DNA from: a virus
Taxonomy: Duplodnaviria > Caudoviricetes
IMG/VR virus record: IMGVR_UViG_3300020042_006407
Span: 1 to 24,457 of that record
Reading direction: 5' to 3' (one strand)
Length of the DNA stretch: 24,457 bases
The notes below the pieces were generated by a model, which saw nothing but the letters and a program-made list of their open reading frames with translations, had not been told where the DNA came from and searched no databases. The first letter of the stretch is position 1, and each line of letters starts with the position of its first letter. Position numbers and translations under genes: made by a program. Below, one piece after another: positions 23,571 through 24,457 of the stretch.

Positions 23571-23910
23571 TGTATGATTCTCTGTAGGTCGGGTCTAACT
23601 TCTTCAGCAGAAACATGACCATCACCGGTGTCGTTGGCGCCATGCTGTACGCCAAAGATTCGAGGAACTCTTGACGCACTTCGCGACCGCGTCGGGTTGC
23701 TTCTTCGACCTTCGCAGCGAACACCGGGTCGGCGTCGCGTGCTCTCAGTAGGTCACGCCGGTTGATGTTGCACACCTTGCATGCGTCCGTCATGAAACCA
23801 AGCCGCTCGATGGCTTCCAAGACTTCGGCCTGCTGTAACTTGGTAATGATTGCCGGCTGTGCCTCGCTTTTTACGACGGCCTGCGCACGTGGCTTTCTTG
23901 GACCTGTCAC
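23467..23910 (-). CDS. terS: Terminase small subunit (putative)
   Basis: HTH MTDACKVCNINRRDL, DPVFA and MFLLKKLDPTYRE; directly upstream of TerL. Confidence 0.75.
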   Translation of the reverse strand: MTGPRKPRAQAVVKSEAQPAIITKLQQAEVLEAIERLGFMTDACKVCNINRRDLLRARDADPVFAAKVEEATRRGREVRQEFLESLAYSMAPTTPVMVMFLLKKLDPTYRESYNVHSTTGPNDYVIDLTADDPTPITDVTPKSVLGK

Positions 23911-24083
23911 CGCACGGACTCCGACGTTACGAAGCGAAGCAACACGTTGACAATGGCGAGTGCGTACGCAATCTGTGGCGCCATGTCTTGCATCTCAGGC
24001 CATGCCACAACCGTGGCGAGTATCATGGCAATCAGAGTCAACACGTTAATCCACACTGTCTTTGATTTGTACCAGCGCTTCAT
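23907..24083 (-). CDS. Two-TM holin-like protein (58 aa, not in the ORF track)
   Basis: MKRWYKSKTVWINVLTLIAMILATVVAWPEMQDMAPQIAYALAIVNVLLRFVTSESVR*. GGAGG RBS and GTGA overlap with TerS. Confidence 0.75.
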   Translation of the reverse strand: MKRWYKSKTVWINVLTLIAMILATVVAWPEMQDMAPQIAYALAIVNVLLRFVTSESVR

Positions 24084-24086
24084 GTC

Positions 24087-24290
24087 TTAGCCTCCACTCA
24101 TGCGAAACCACGAAAGAAACACCAACCACGCACCGGTACCGATGAGCATCACCGCGTATACCTGTTGCTCCAAACGTGCGATGCGCTTCTCAAACTCTTT
24201 GAAGTTGGCGTCGCCGTTCTCGAGTCGTCGCAGTATCATGTCTTGCTTCTCTTCGATGCGCGCCAACTTTGTTTCGACTGACTCGGTCAT
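24087..24290 (-). CDS. XhlA-like coiled-coil plus single-TM lysis protein (67 aa)
   Basis: KLARIEEKQD...RIARLEQ followed by a C-terminal TM helix; ATGA overlap with the endolysin stop. Confidence 0.7.
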   Translation of the reverse strand: MTESVETKLARIEEKQDMILRRLENGDANFKEFEKRIARLEQQVYAVMLIGTGAWLVFLSWFRMSGG

Positions 24291-24457
24291 ACTTTCCCCT
24301 GCTGATATGCTGCGAATTCGTACCGCACTGCGTCTAGGTTTATCGCTGAGCCCGGGCACGTCTTCTTCGCCGCCGGGTATTCGCGGTGTCCTTTGAGGGT
24401 CGTTGCACTCACTGCAATACCGCGCCAATTCATCAACGCCAACGTCGTGGAGCGCAC
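24287..24457 (-). CDS. C-terminus of an N-acetylmuramoyl-L-alanine amidase endolysin (partial)
   Basis: This frame is not in the ORF track. It reads VRSTTLALMNWRGIAVSATTLKGHREYPAAKKTCPGSAINLDAVRYEFAAYQQGKV*, and GHRE...KTCPG is the Amidase_2 zinc-site motif. Confidence 0.85.
   Translation of the reverse strand: MRSTTLALMNWRGIAVSATTLKGHREYPAAKKTCPGSAINLDAVRYEFAAYQQGKV

Noticed and set aside
1-24457. Integrase, att site, tRNA genes or alternative genetic code
   Set aside because: None was recognised. Genes are intact and densely packed under the standard code, using all three stop codons, so lifestyle cannot be determined from this window.

Overview
The window is a large part of a small tailed-phage (siphovirus-type) genome, and all credible protein-coding genes are on the minus strand. 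Read from right to left, it starts with the lysis genes: the C-terminus of an amidase endolysin and two holin-like genes. These are followed by terminase small and large subunits, a portal-MuF fusion, an HK97-gp10-like gene and a modular head-region protein with a HiPIP-like four-Cys domain. Next come a prohead protease-major capsid fusion, neck and tail genes (including a GGGAAAC -1 frameshift), tape measure, Dit and tail-tip genes. A 380-bp intergenic control region (about 9200-9583) appears to hold two convergent structured small RNAs and the early promoter. The early region contains small ORFs, two tandem multi-HTH genes coupled to an adenine methyltransferase, two RHH regulators, an SSB-like gene, a cassette bounded by duplicated terminators, a GIY-YIG nuclease, an AEP primase-SF3 helicase and an origin-like inverted repeat. 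No integrase, tRNA, CRISPR array or reverse transcriptase is visible. The best candidates for undescribed biology are the repeat-built HTH array next to the methyltransferase, a putative sRNA that displays an anti-Shine-Dalgarno loop, the HiPIP-like domain in the head module, and an alternative-pairing RNA element after the major tail gene. All family assignments come from reading motifs by eye; no database searches were run.
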